This document shows positions 1-10,198 of a DNA stretch of 64,000 nucleotides, piece after piece. The DNA lies in assembly GCA_030390025.1 (NCBI GenBank), contig CM059431.1, positions 113,586,001-113,650,000 of the forward strand. The letters run 5' to 3'. The stretch is from Squalus acanthias (taxonomy: Eukaryota). The position numbers were made by a program, and so were the translations under genes. Within the stretch, counting starts at the first letter, position 1, and every line of letters starts with the position of its first letter. The notes beneath the pieces are model-generated. The model worked only from the letters and a program-made list of their open reading frames with translations. It was not told the origin of the DNA and ran no database searches.

Positions 1-203
1 TTCTTTCATCCCCTCCCCCATTTCCCAGCCCCTAAACTTGCTTTAAAATCTGTTCCCTTTCCTGCTTTTTTCCAGTTCTGACGAAAGGTCTTCGACCTGA
101 AACGTTAACTCTGTTTCTCTCTCACAGATGCTGCCTGGCCTGCTGAGTTTTTCCAGCGTTTTCTGTTGTTATTTCAGATTTCCAGCATCCGCAGTATTTT
201 GCT
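1..203 (+). mobile_element. 3' end (pseudo-LTR) of a Penelope-like element, family A, cut by the window start
   Basis: Closely matches 29960-30133, which lies directly downstream of a GIY-YIG endonuclease ORF. Contains a hammerhead core. Confidence 0.8.
74..110 (+). ncRNA. Minimal type I hammerhead ribozyme (Penelope-type)
   Basis: AGTT-CTGACGA-A-AGGTC-TTC-GACCT-GAA-ACGT-T-AACT. It has the CUGAnGA and GAAA cores, a 5-bp helix II, a palindromic helix III (ACGT), a GUU cleavage triplet and helix I AGTT/AACT. Confidence 0.8.
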
Positions 204-207
204 ATTG

Positions 208-370
208 TATTAGTCAAACACGATTTGCCTTTAACAAATCTGTGCTGGCTTTCATTAATTAACCCCATACTTTTCCAAGTGCTAGTTAATTTTGTCCCAG
301 ATTAATGTCTCGAACAGTTTCCCCACTTATGCTGCCCGGCCTGCAGTTGCCGGGTTTAACCCTCTGCCTG
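208..370 (-). mobile_element. Degenerate CR1 LINE RT fragment
   Basis: ttagtcaaacacgatttgccttt matches the GKSCLTNL-coding segment of the CR1 copies near 19160 and 32281. Confidence 0.65.
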
Positions 371-437
371 TAGAAAGCCTTGGCATTGAGCTTTAGGCAC
401 TGTCCGTGCCTGGCTCCCAGCCCAGCCCGTCCTTTAC

Positions 438-790
438 CTGGATCCGCTCATTGTGGTCCACCAGGAGGAAGCTGCTGCCAGCCTGGGGCTGGAACAGTGC
501 CTGGGGCTGGGCCCGCTCCCCCTGCCCCTCCGCTGGCCCGGGCCCGGGCCCGGGTGGGTAGTTCTCCAGCCGGTGTTTGCGCCGGTTGCTGTGGGCGCGG
601 CGCTGGCAGTCGTTGCGGACGTTGAGTTTGCAGGAGTGACAGCGGGCGGCGGCGGGGAGCGGGCCCGGTCCCAGGCCCGGCCCCCGGGCACTGGTCGCAG
701 CGCGGGCTGTAGCCGGGGCCCAGGCGACTCCGCTGGTGCTGCTGGAGCCGCGTCTGTCGGTGCAGCTCCCGCCCCTCGAACCTTTCACAA
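438..790 (-). pseudogene. GC/CpG-rich exon-like fragment encoding a putative C2H2 (matrin/U1-like) zinc finger, host gene unidentified
   Basis: The minus frame reads CHSCKLNVRNDCQRRAHSNRRKH...SSFLLVDHNERIQ and ends at a CAG|GTAAAG donor (exon end 438). It is much richer in CpG than its surroundings and lies between CR1 fragments. No start codon or acceptor was found. Confidence 0.4.
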
Positions 791-1045
791 CCCTTAACAC
801 CCTTGCCTAACAAAAATCTATCAATCTCAGTTTTGACATTTTCAATTGACCTAGTTGAAGATTTTTGGGGAGAGTTCCAGATTTTCACTACCCCTTATGT
901 GAAGAAGTGCTTCCTGACATCACCCCTGAACAGCCTAGTTCTAAATTTAAAGTTATGCCCCCTTGTTTTGGGCTCCCCCCACCAGAGGAAATTGTTTCTC
1001 TCTCTCTACTCTATCAACTCCTTTAATCATCTTAAACACCTCACT
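790..1045 (-). mobile_element. CR1 LINE 3' fragment
   Basis: The minus frame reads KIWNSPQK...KTEIDRFLLGKG, as in the CR1 ORF2 C-terminus (compare 17992-18459). Confidence 0.7.
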
Positions 1046-2429
1046 GAGATCATCAATAATAATAACAAAAATTGGGTAGCATATGCCATGCACGCTCGGC
1101 CCATCAGTACGTGGCATAGGGCAGCCTCACCAATGGTCCTTAAAGGGACTGCTGCAGACCACTCAGAAAAAAGTAGAAAGTAAAAAGCAGAAAAAAAGAT
1201 TTTAAATGATTTTCTTGGGAATACATGACCATTAATGCAAATATCAACCTAACCCCCCACTTCCGCTCCAGAGCCCTCCCCTGGGATCACCTCGTTCCAC
1301 GCGCCCCACCCCCCAACTTACCCACACTCTGTGGTGGAGCTGTCAGATTTCCCGTCCCCTTGTTCCGCTTGCCTTCAGCAGGAAGGACGCAGTCAGTTGC
1401 AAAATCGACCCCGCTGTCTCACCAATGGCACCAACTCAACCACCCTTTCGCTTCTCAGCACGTTGCCTTAACGATTATAATGGAAAATTACTACTGTCAT
1501 TTTAATTGATCAATAATTATTAAAGTAGTTGCACAAAGCTATTCGGTATGAACAAACTTCATGTAGGAACAGCAATAAGTGGTAGAAAATGGAAGTGTCA
1601 CGCCATGGTCAAAATAATCCATTCACATCTGTCTCATGAGTTTGAGTTCTGTAGCATTACTCCAAATAATAATTTATTTTCCACATCATACGCGTTCACT
1701 GCCAAGTATCCGTTGGTTAACATCTGTGTAGTTTGGAATTTTCTGGATAATGTCACCATTTCTGGTAGATTGGGATACAGCACCTTATTGCATGATCTAG
1801 CAATCCACAAAAAACTTGGTGGGTTAAGCCATTAGAGACATATACTGAGATTTAATTGCTGTGTTACGAATTCTGTATTTAGTTACAGTAATTGAAATGA
1901 AATCTTTTAACTTGCGGAACTATTATGAAGTGATAGTGATCACCAGTAACAGTGCAGTCCTTGGCCCAGCTGGCTGAACTCTAATTTTATTTTTCTAGCG
2001 CAGTCCCTTTAAAGCTGGTGAGCGGCCTGCATGGGACCTCCCGATCGATGCGCGGCCGCGCGCCCTCGTACCTTAGGGGGAACGTTGGTTCTCGCCGATC
2101 ATTCAGATGGATTATCCCCCCACCCCAACCCACCTGACCTCACTGCATACCCTCATTCCCTTCTCTCCGCAGCAATGTATCAAATAGCCTCTTGAACTTA
2201 CTTATGCACACTTCAAAGACCTTGTCAGATAACCTAATCCACGACTCCATTAATCTTTGGATGAAAAAGTTCTGCTGACCTTTCCTTTCTGAATCTTCAC
2301 TTTTTAATTTTTAATTTATGTCCCCATGTATATCAAATCTTCACCAGAATGAATCATTTGCTTGGATTCTTTTTATTAATTCCTCTCATAATCTTGAAGG
2401 GTCTTCTACAAAAGAAAACAAGCTCAGAA

Positions 2430-3702
2430 CTGTCGATTGTTTGCTCAACATTTCTGGTGACGGTGTGGCTCGCTTTGTAGGCTGCTCTGCGTCTGTGCCC
2501 TGGGTTCCTGATAGATGTCATAAGCCACGTCAGGAGGAGGTATCCCTTGACACCAAGTAGCCAGCCTGTGACCTGATGGCCTGGTTGGAATAAATGTGGC
2601 ACAGAAGACTGGCGCAGGATGAATGAATCATGACTACTGCAAGGAAACTGCGCACAGGCCTGCATGATCCACTGCCTGTGGTCACAAACAAGCTGCACAT
2701 TCAGGGAGTGGTGTCTCTTTCTATTGAGAAAGATGCAAGGTTGTGCGCAGTGCAATGTGGGCACAGTCTATGGTGCAGTCTAGTGCTCTCTCGTCCTGCT
2801 TCGCTTTACCCATGGGGAATGTGAACTCGGTGTTCCTGTTGCGTAGAGTACCTCAGTCAACTCCCTGATACAGCGGTGCGCAGAAAACTGGGCGATGTCG
2901 CTAATGTCACCTGTGTAATGGTTAAGGGCCATGGTGATCTTGACAACCACAGGCAGTACTATCCATACTCTGGTTTGAGGCTCCAGTTGTGGCTGCAGCA
3001 GGTGACATAGCTTGGAGATATCCTCCTTGGTGAAGCATGGACACCTAACACACTGCTCTTCAGTGGAATTGAGGGATGAGAAGTGTTCCCTGAAGATCTG
3101 CTGTGGGTATGGCCTCCTGTGCAGTACCCTCCACCTCCGCCCTCTACTCCTAACTGCATCTGCTCTCTCCAGTCTTCTTCGCTTGCTCCCCCTCCTCCTC
3201 CAGCCCCATAGACAGACCTACCAGACCACCCATGAATGGAATAAACTGTTTGCAAAGCAGATAGTTGTTCCCAGAATTCAGAATTGACTTGTGGAATTGA
3301 TAAAATCATCAAAAAAAGGGCCCAGAAGTTAACCATCGGCCCAAGAGGAAAACCATCAACTAAGCTGTATGCAGTGGATGAGCCCCTTACAGATCATGCC
3401 TGCAGGGTCTATGATAACTCTTAATGCCATGATTTGCTGGGCAAGTTTACCACGTGACAAGTCAAGCTCTGGGGAAGACGAATTTCGCAAAAGTGTCCTA
3501 CAATAAGCGTAGGACCCTTATTTAAATATTGTAACGAGCTTCCTGAAGTGTTCTGGCACGCCCCCTGGACGCCTATGGAGCAGCATGATCTAATATGGCA
3601 GGTGGCGCACGTCTGGCACGGCACCACATGGGTGCGCCATCTGCCATATTGGACCCTAAAGCGCCTGTAAAACGGGTGCAGCCTGATCGAATTTCTAGAC
3701 CC
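2430..3702 (-). mobile_element. Degenerate PIF/Harbinger transposase remnant with one probable TIR
   Basis: [18 protein letters not shown]...HDSFILRQSSVP...WLLGVKGY is homologous to the 46581-47810 transposase. A TIR-like gaatttctagaccc ends at 3702. Confidence 0.75.
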
Positions 3703-4181
3703 AGGATCCTTAGCATTTCCATATAAACTAAACTAAGGATACGCAAGTTAGCTAGTAAATGTACTTTGGACAAATACTCTGAAAAATGCAATTTGCTCTG
3801 CTGAGAATTATATCAGAAATGAAAAGTAGCAAATCAAACTTTAGCATCAGATTTGTTGCTTAGTTAACCTATCACAAGGTGCACATAATCATAACAGTTT
3901 GTTGTTTTCATTGTTTGATAATGCTTTGAGCAATCAATTTTTCATGCGTTAATGCAGCTGCACTTTATTTGAACCTGTGGATAACTGCTTGGAAATGGCA
4001 AGCACCCAAGTGATTATCCATCTGTTGTGATAGAGTTGTGAGAATAATAACCTTAGGTAGAAGAGCTGCTTATCGTTTCATGTTTTGGTAATCCACAAAA
4101 GACTGGGTTGGTTCATTACTCCCTTCCAAATATTTTTTTTTTTCCCTTTTCAGTTTAGATGTTCTGTATTTCACAACTTGT

Positions 4182-4778
4182 GGGCCACGATTCTAACTTC
4201 AGGTAGATGGACAGCACCTGCTGCCCAAGAAATGAGGCCTGGACTATTTAAACTCACAGGCCTCGGAAGTTGACAGGAAGCGACAAAAACTTGCGCAGCC
4301 TGGAGGCTGCCTACCCACACCAGGTAAGTGGCGGGATTGGCTTCGAGGGCTGTCTCACAGAGTTCTCATGTTCAGGAAGGGGGTGAATTCGCAGTAGGGA
4401 AGGCCAAAGCTTTCCTTGTCGGGCCGAGGGGAGAACTCCTGTTTCTCCTGGCCCCACAAGGAAAGTAAACAAAAAAAATCTTACCTGGTACCTCTTCCTG
4501 TTGTTTTCACCTGGCAGTGAAAGCCACGGTGGCGTCCCCACTCAGGCCACCAGGTAAAATTGCAGTCAGGTCCTGATGACATCATTGGACCCTGATATGC
4601 ACCTGTAAAGAAGGACCCCACCACCTTTAGACAGGTGTCTTTGCCGCCTGCTCAGTAGAGCAGGTTAAAATTCAATAATGTTGAGTTCCTGGCAGCTTTC
4701 CTGTGGGTAAGCAACCTGGGTACTTTGAACAGCCCATCTGCCTGGTTTGCGTGGGGCAGGTAGGGTTAAAATCACCCC
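4182..4778. mobile_element. Harbinger-type MITE (family 4)
   Basis: Imperfect TIRs gggccacgattctaac / gttaaaatcacccc, with a 3-bp TSD TGT on both sides. Confidence 0.6.
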
Positions 4779-5309
4779 TGTGATTTGTTTTATACAGAAA
4801 CAGTTATGACATCATCTTATTCTTAGAATATTAAAGGATTTGATTGCCATAGTTTCTTTCTTTTACGCCATCTGGACTTTAGCTTTGCTTTCCTTTTCAT
4901 CCATTACCGAGTTTTGTCTGCTTTTTTCCGTCTAGTTTCACAAATGTACATGATTGAGGAGCTGACTCCATTTCTAAAGAGGGCCAGTGGGGCCGATAAA
5001 AGGCTTCTTGTTCTGATGGTGCCAGCATCTCTAGAAGCTGCTGGCCAGTGCGGCATTTCCCATGGCCCTCCACTGGCGGGCATCCAAGATGCTTCCATAG
5101 CGCCAGGGGTGTCTGCTAGTGAGATGCTAATGAGATGACCTTCCCCTGACCCCAGATGCTTCAATGGGGTCAGGAGTGGGAGGAAGTCATCAGTGGCCAC
5201 TCTACCACACTTACACTATTGGAACGGTTCGATGCATTTTCAGGCCCTTCTGTATCTGCACTGCTAAATTGCTCATTTCCTCCACTCTGTTAATAAAATG
5301 ACCACTTAG

Positions 5310-5660
5310 GTTATAATTCCTTTCATTGTTCTTTTTCCAAAATGCGCTACTTCAGATTTCTCGACAGTGAACTGCATTTGCCACCTACCTGCCCTCTCTG
5401 CCAACCGATGTTTACTGCAATCTTTTTAATCTTTCTCACAGCTTGAAGCGCCTCCTAATTTGGTATCATCTTCGATAGCATTCTTCTGTGCCTTTATCCA
5501 AAGCATTTCAAAAAATGGAAAGCAAACAAGGTCCCAGCACACCTGGAGCACACCACCACCACATCCCACCAACATAAAGAACATTCGTTTAACACTACTC
5601 TCTGTATTCTGTCCCCTGTCCTTCACTGTATCCAAGCAAATACACTCCCTTTACTGAAAA
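5310..5660 (-). mobile_element. Degenerate CR1 RT fragment
   Basis: DDTKLGG motif in ORF 5426-5635. Confidence 0.6.
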
Positions 5661-5680
5661 TAAAAATCGGGAGAGATATA

Positions 5681-6421
5681 CGCCCCAAAATTTGTGCCGC
5701 TACGCGAGAGTACGCACTGCGTACTCTCGCGTATTCTGTCTCCAATTGCCGGTTTTCTGCATGCACTGCGCATGCGCTGAAAACCGGCACTTGGTGAATG
5801 GAAAAGGGGGCGGGTCCTAGGTGAACTGCGTGCGCGCTACAGGCTGCGCGCACGCTGTGCACTTAGTGGTTTCAACGCGCAGGTAAGTACGGAAGATTCT
5901 ACACATAAAAAAAGGAGGAGTAAGACCCACTTTTAACAAGGTAAGTAGTGAATTAAGTATTATTTTGAATTTTTTTTAACAGGTATATCTTTTTTAGAGA
6001 CTTTAAAGACAGGTAAGTTTATTTTTATAACTTTTTAAAAGATTTTAAATTTTTTCAAAAATTTAATTTTTTATTTAAAATGGTTAATTTATTTAACTAT
6101 ACTTATTTTATTAATGTGATGGTTTTTTTTTATTTAATTGAGGTTTAGCGGTTCTTTTGGGGGGCTATAGTATTCATAACTTTCACAGCACTTATGTGAA
6201 AGTTATGAATGGAAGATGGTGTGCTGCCATTGGCTCTAACTGAGTCACGTGATCCCACAGCTCGCACGAATTAACTGCGCCGGTGGGATACGCAAGCCCA
6301 GCACAGCAGCTGTCCAGAACATCAAGTTCGTGCAAGCTGGAACTGAAAAAGCCAACGCGGAGTGAGAGATCGCGGGGAGGCCTTACCCTCGCATGAAGGC
6401 TTCCTCACGAATTTTTGGGCC
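5681..6421. mobile_element. Harbinger-type MITE (family 2, copy 1), hairpin-rich
   Basis: TIRs cgccccaaaatt / aatttttgggcc and TSD ATA. Colinear with 51909-52650. Confidence 0.8.
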
Positions 6422-6714
6422 ATAAAATGGACTGCTGATTCGCTAACATCTGTTTTATAATATCACACAATGGTGGAGTGCCCAAGAGAAGAAAGGGAGT
6501 AAGAAGCTGAAAGCAAGATAAGGCAAAGCACAAGGGACAACTTTGCCTGCTAAATAAGCTGCTCAGACTGCTGCAGTCATCAGACAAGATCTAATGGCCT
6601 TTTTTTCTACCAAAGCATAACAGTCCTTTCCATGTGTGTTTGTGCTCCATGCCAAATAAAGTGTTCTCTCCATTGGGCCGAGCTATACATCAGCATCTAT
6701 GAGCCATAAAACCG

Positions 6715-7065
6715 TAATAGTTTACTGCACAGAAGGAGGCTATTTGGCCCATAGTGTCCGTGCCAGCTCTTTGCTAGAGCAATCCAAAACTAATCCCACT
6801 GCTCTTCTCTCTCGCCATAGTCTTGTATCTTCCTCTGCTTCAAATATTTATCCAATATCCTTTTAAATGGTGCAGTAGTCTGCTTCAACACTTCCTGCGG
6901 CAGTGCATTCTATCATCCAAAAGCCCACTGTATAACAACAACAGAAAATGTTGGAATCACTCAGCAGGTCAGGCAGCATCGTGGAGAGAGAAACAGAGTC
7001 AACGTTTCAGGTCGATGCCCCTCTGTCAGAACCCACTGTACAACCTCATTTCTCCCTCACGACCT
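6715..7065 (-). mobile_element. CR1 3' end fragment, interrupted by a short Penelope fragment
   Basis: gcacagaaggaggctatttggccc is the reverse complement of the CR1 3' UTR hairpin seen at 28750-28775. Confidence 0.6.
6937..7031 (-). mobile_element. Short Penelope family A pseudo-LTR fragment with a degenerate hammerhead
   Basis: The reverse complement ttctgacagaggggcatcgacctgaaacgttgactctg matches 76-175. TSD cccactgta(t/c)aac at 6924-6936 and 7032-7044. Confidence 0.75.
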
Positions 7066-7152
7066 GAATGAGCCTTAGAACAAAAGAACTGTCAGCAAGC
7101 ATTCTACTGTTAGTGAATGCAACTTTCTTGGTCCTTACAGTGTACAATACAG

Positions 7153-8043
7153 GGGGGAAAAATTCAGTTGGTTTGCGCCTCCCGTTAGCGCCTTAGGAGG
7201 GCGCTAATGTGGCGTAAAGCAACTAGCGCCCGTGCGCGGCCATGTTTGCGCCGCTCACGAGATTGACTAGACATTTTGCGGCGGCGCTAAACGCTACCGC
7301 CAAGATCTCCTGTGCCCGCAGATCGTGACGTCAGTCGAGCATGCAACGCCCCGGTAGTGCCCCGGACCGGATATTGAGTGGTGCCCCCTGTCTTACCGCC
7401 TGCCGCTAGCAATGACAGGTTGAGGGGAGTGTTTTGCAGTCGGGAAGGGACTGGGGGAGCGCTATTTAAAGGCGACCGCTTACTGATTTTTTTGTCGGCA
7501 AAATTTTTTCACCACGCATTCTGAGTGAGAGAGAGAGACTGCAGGAGAGATTCAAAGCTGTGTTGAGGAGTTTTGGGTACTGAGCAGCACTTTGCAGGTT
7601 CTTTTTTATTTGATCTTCATTGCATCGATTTAGAAGAGATTGTGGGGGCTGCACTCCGAGCTCTTTCCCTGGCCCTCTCCATTGTTCTTTCCAACAGATT
7701 TGATGTACAGGTCTCTCCAGACCTAGATTCAAGGCTGCAATGAGCAGGGTGTGGATGGAGAGCAAGATCGACCCAATCCCCTTTAAGAACTGGCCAGCGA
7801 CAGTGTGTCTGTGTTCCATTGCTGACTGACATCACGAGCTTCGTCAGCGTTCTGAGGTAGTGCCTCACTCCTCGGCCTTTGCATCTTAAGACAGGTGTGC
7901 AGCGCCTGATTTAGTGTTCCAATCAACTCCAGGGGCGATAAAAGCCAAGTTTGCAGTCGGAGGCGATAATTAGCGCCAGGCGCTAAACTTTGCACCTGGC
8001 CGATAATCGCGCCCCAAATGGGGCGATACTGAATTTCTCCCCC
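7153..8043. mobile_element. Harbinger-type MITE (family 1, copy 1)
   Basis: TIRs GGGGGAAAAATTCAG / CTGAATTTCTCCCCC and TSD CAG. Colinear with 26385-27277. Confidence 0.85.
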
Positions 8044-10198
8044 CAGGCGTCTTCAATGTGTTTTACTCCAGTGCTTCCCTTTAGTTAAAGTGTGTGGACT
8101 GGGCCTTATATTTTCTAACCATGCGCTCCTTTTAAGTGCTCCCTAGTGGGAGAAAACAAGGAGGTGGATGACTGCTGGATTTCAGTAATTGCCCCTCCTT
8201 CTGCTGGGTTAGGAGATACCCCTGTAAGTAAAGGCACTATGGCTACTGATGAGGTGGCTGCCTGGGCAACTATTCTGTAGTCGTTGAGTGGGGAGTCAGG
8301 GAGCTTCCATTGTGACATGCTTCCACATCAACTACTGCCATTTCCCTGCTGTTGGGCCTTCCCTCAGGATGGCCAGAGATCTGTGTAGGAGCAGCCCATT
8401 GGGCAGCAATGAGGTAGCTGAAGGCCTGCATCATGGATATCTCAATCTGATTCCCTAATATAATTAATGCAGAGGGCACAGCCAGTTGTAGATTGGAGCT
8501 CAAGTTCTTCAGGCCCTGTGAGGTTAGAATTCCCAGGCACAACAGCTGAAGCACACCTCACACTGGCCTTTGGGACAGGAGGTTGCATCTCCTATCATTC
8601 TACCTGGTCTTTCTCATCCTCACTCATGCTCAGTGCTTGACCAAGTTCTCTCTCCTGCTACTCTCCATAGAACCATCCTCCCCCTGCCTAGATAGATCTT
8701 CTGTGCTGGTGCTCACACAATATGAGTGGGTGATGCTAGATGCTGGGAGGTGCCAGGTCAAGACTATACAGTTGGCTGGGCAAGCACATCCTCCTGGACA
8801 ACTGGAAGAGCAGAAGAAGAACATACTTTACAATGCGTGCAGTAATACACCTCTTGAAAAATAGGTGCCAATGGCAATAGGTTGCAGTGTGTAATACTGA
8901 AATGTTACAATGTGGACCTGTGTGTGAAAGAAATAATCGGTGAAAATCAAAGAACATGAGTTATGTGTTTTACGGAGACCTCTGAATTCAGCCAGCACCC
9001 CACCCCCCCAATCCCTCACCCCACCTCTATTGCCTTCAAGCCCATTATCTTGATGGCCCTCTCCTCAAATAGGAGTCATTGTTCACAGCTTTCGTAAGCC
9101 CCTTCCTTTCTGCAAGCATACCTCCCTTTGCATGCACTCTTCTCTTGCGAGCGGATATGAAACTAACATAGGTAAGAAAAAGGATTGTGAGATGAGTTGT
9201 TGGAAAAAATCCCAGGACACCATTTGCCTTACACGTTGAGAGCATCCTAAAACTATGTACAGGAAACTCTTTGGTATCCGGCACCGATGGGACCGGGGTG
9301 GTGCCGGTTGAATAAAAATTCCGGATGATGGAGAGGGTTATCTACCAAGGCTATTTTTAACAAACAAAAATAAAAAAATCAAGAAATGTGCAGTATACAG
9401 TAATTGGGTACTCACCTACAGAATGTTGTGTTAAATGGATGGTGGAAGATGCTTGATTAAGTACAGTACTGCCAGTTGAGGGTAATCCATAACTCTTTAA
9501 TTACTTAACAGTAAAACAAAACTTATAAATGACTGTATACAGTACTGTAGTTGACTGTACACTTATTCCAAGTCAACAGGTTCATCAGGAATATCCATGC
9601 CAGCTGGGTCATCACGATCATGCACTTCCACAGATTCCACAGATTCCACAGATTCTTCAGGCACTTCCGCTGCTTCGACTTTTTTGGAAGCTTTCTTAAA
9701 CATGTTGCGGATGTCGGCTTGCTTAGTGGACTCTTGCCTTTTCTGTAGAAACGTGGAATGCAGAATATGGAGTTGCATAACTTCTTGGGCAGAGTAGCAA
9801 GGCTGCCTTTCAGCAAATTGGAGGATTGAAGAAAATCCTTCTGCAGCTTTAGCCCAAGAAATCTTGTTCTCTTCAGAAATCTCATCCTCTTCACTTTCCA
9901 TCTCACTTTCCTTTTCTTTCTTTGGATTCAAAACACTCTCAATTATTTCATCATCACTTAGCATATGCACAACAGTAACTTCTCTATCTGCATCAACCCA
10001 CTGCTCGATATCACTTTCACTGAGGTGACGTAGAGGGTTTGCTGCGCCTACATTTTTCACCATGCCATCCATTTCCATTATTGTACTCTTCTTGGGACGA
10101 ACATTGAACCCATGAAATTCCTCCTCTGAAGAAGAACCTTCAGCAAACATTACAGAAGGCCACAATTTGCGCCAGGCTTGCCTCAGAGTGTGACCTTT

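Noticed and set aside
9073..9171. Plus-strand 99-bp exon candidate (GVIVHSFRKPLPF...) ending at AG|GTAAGA
   Set aside because: The peptide was not recognised, the acceptor is weak, and there are no supporting exons on that strand.
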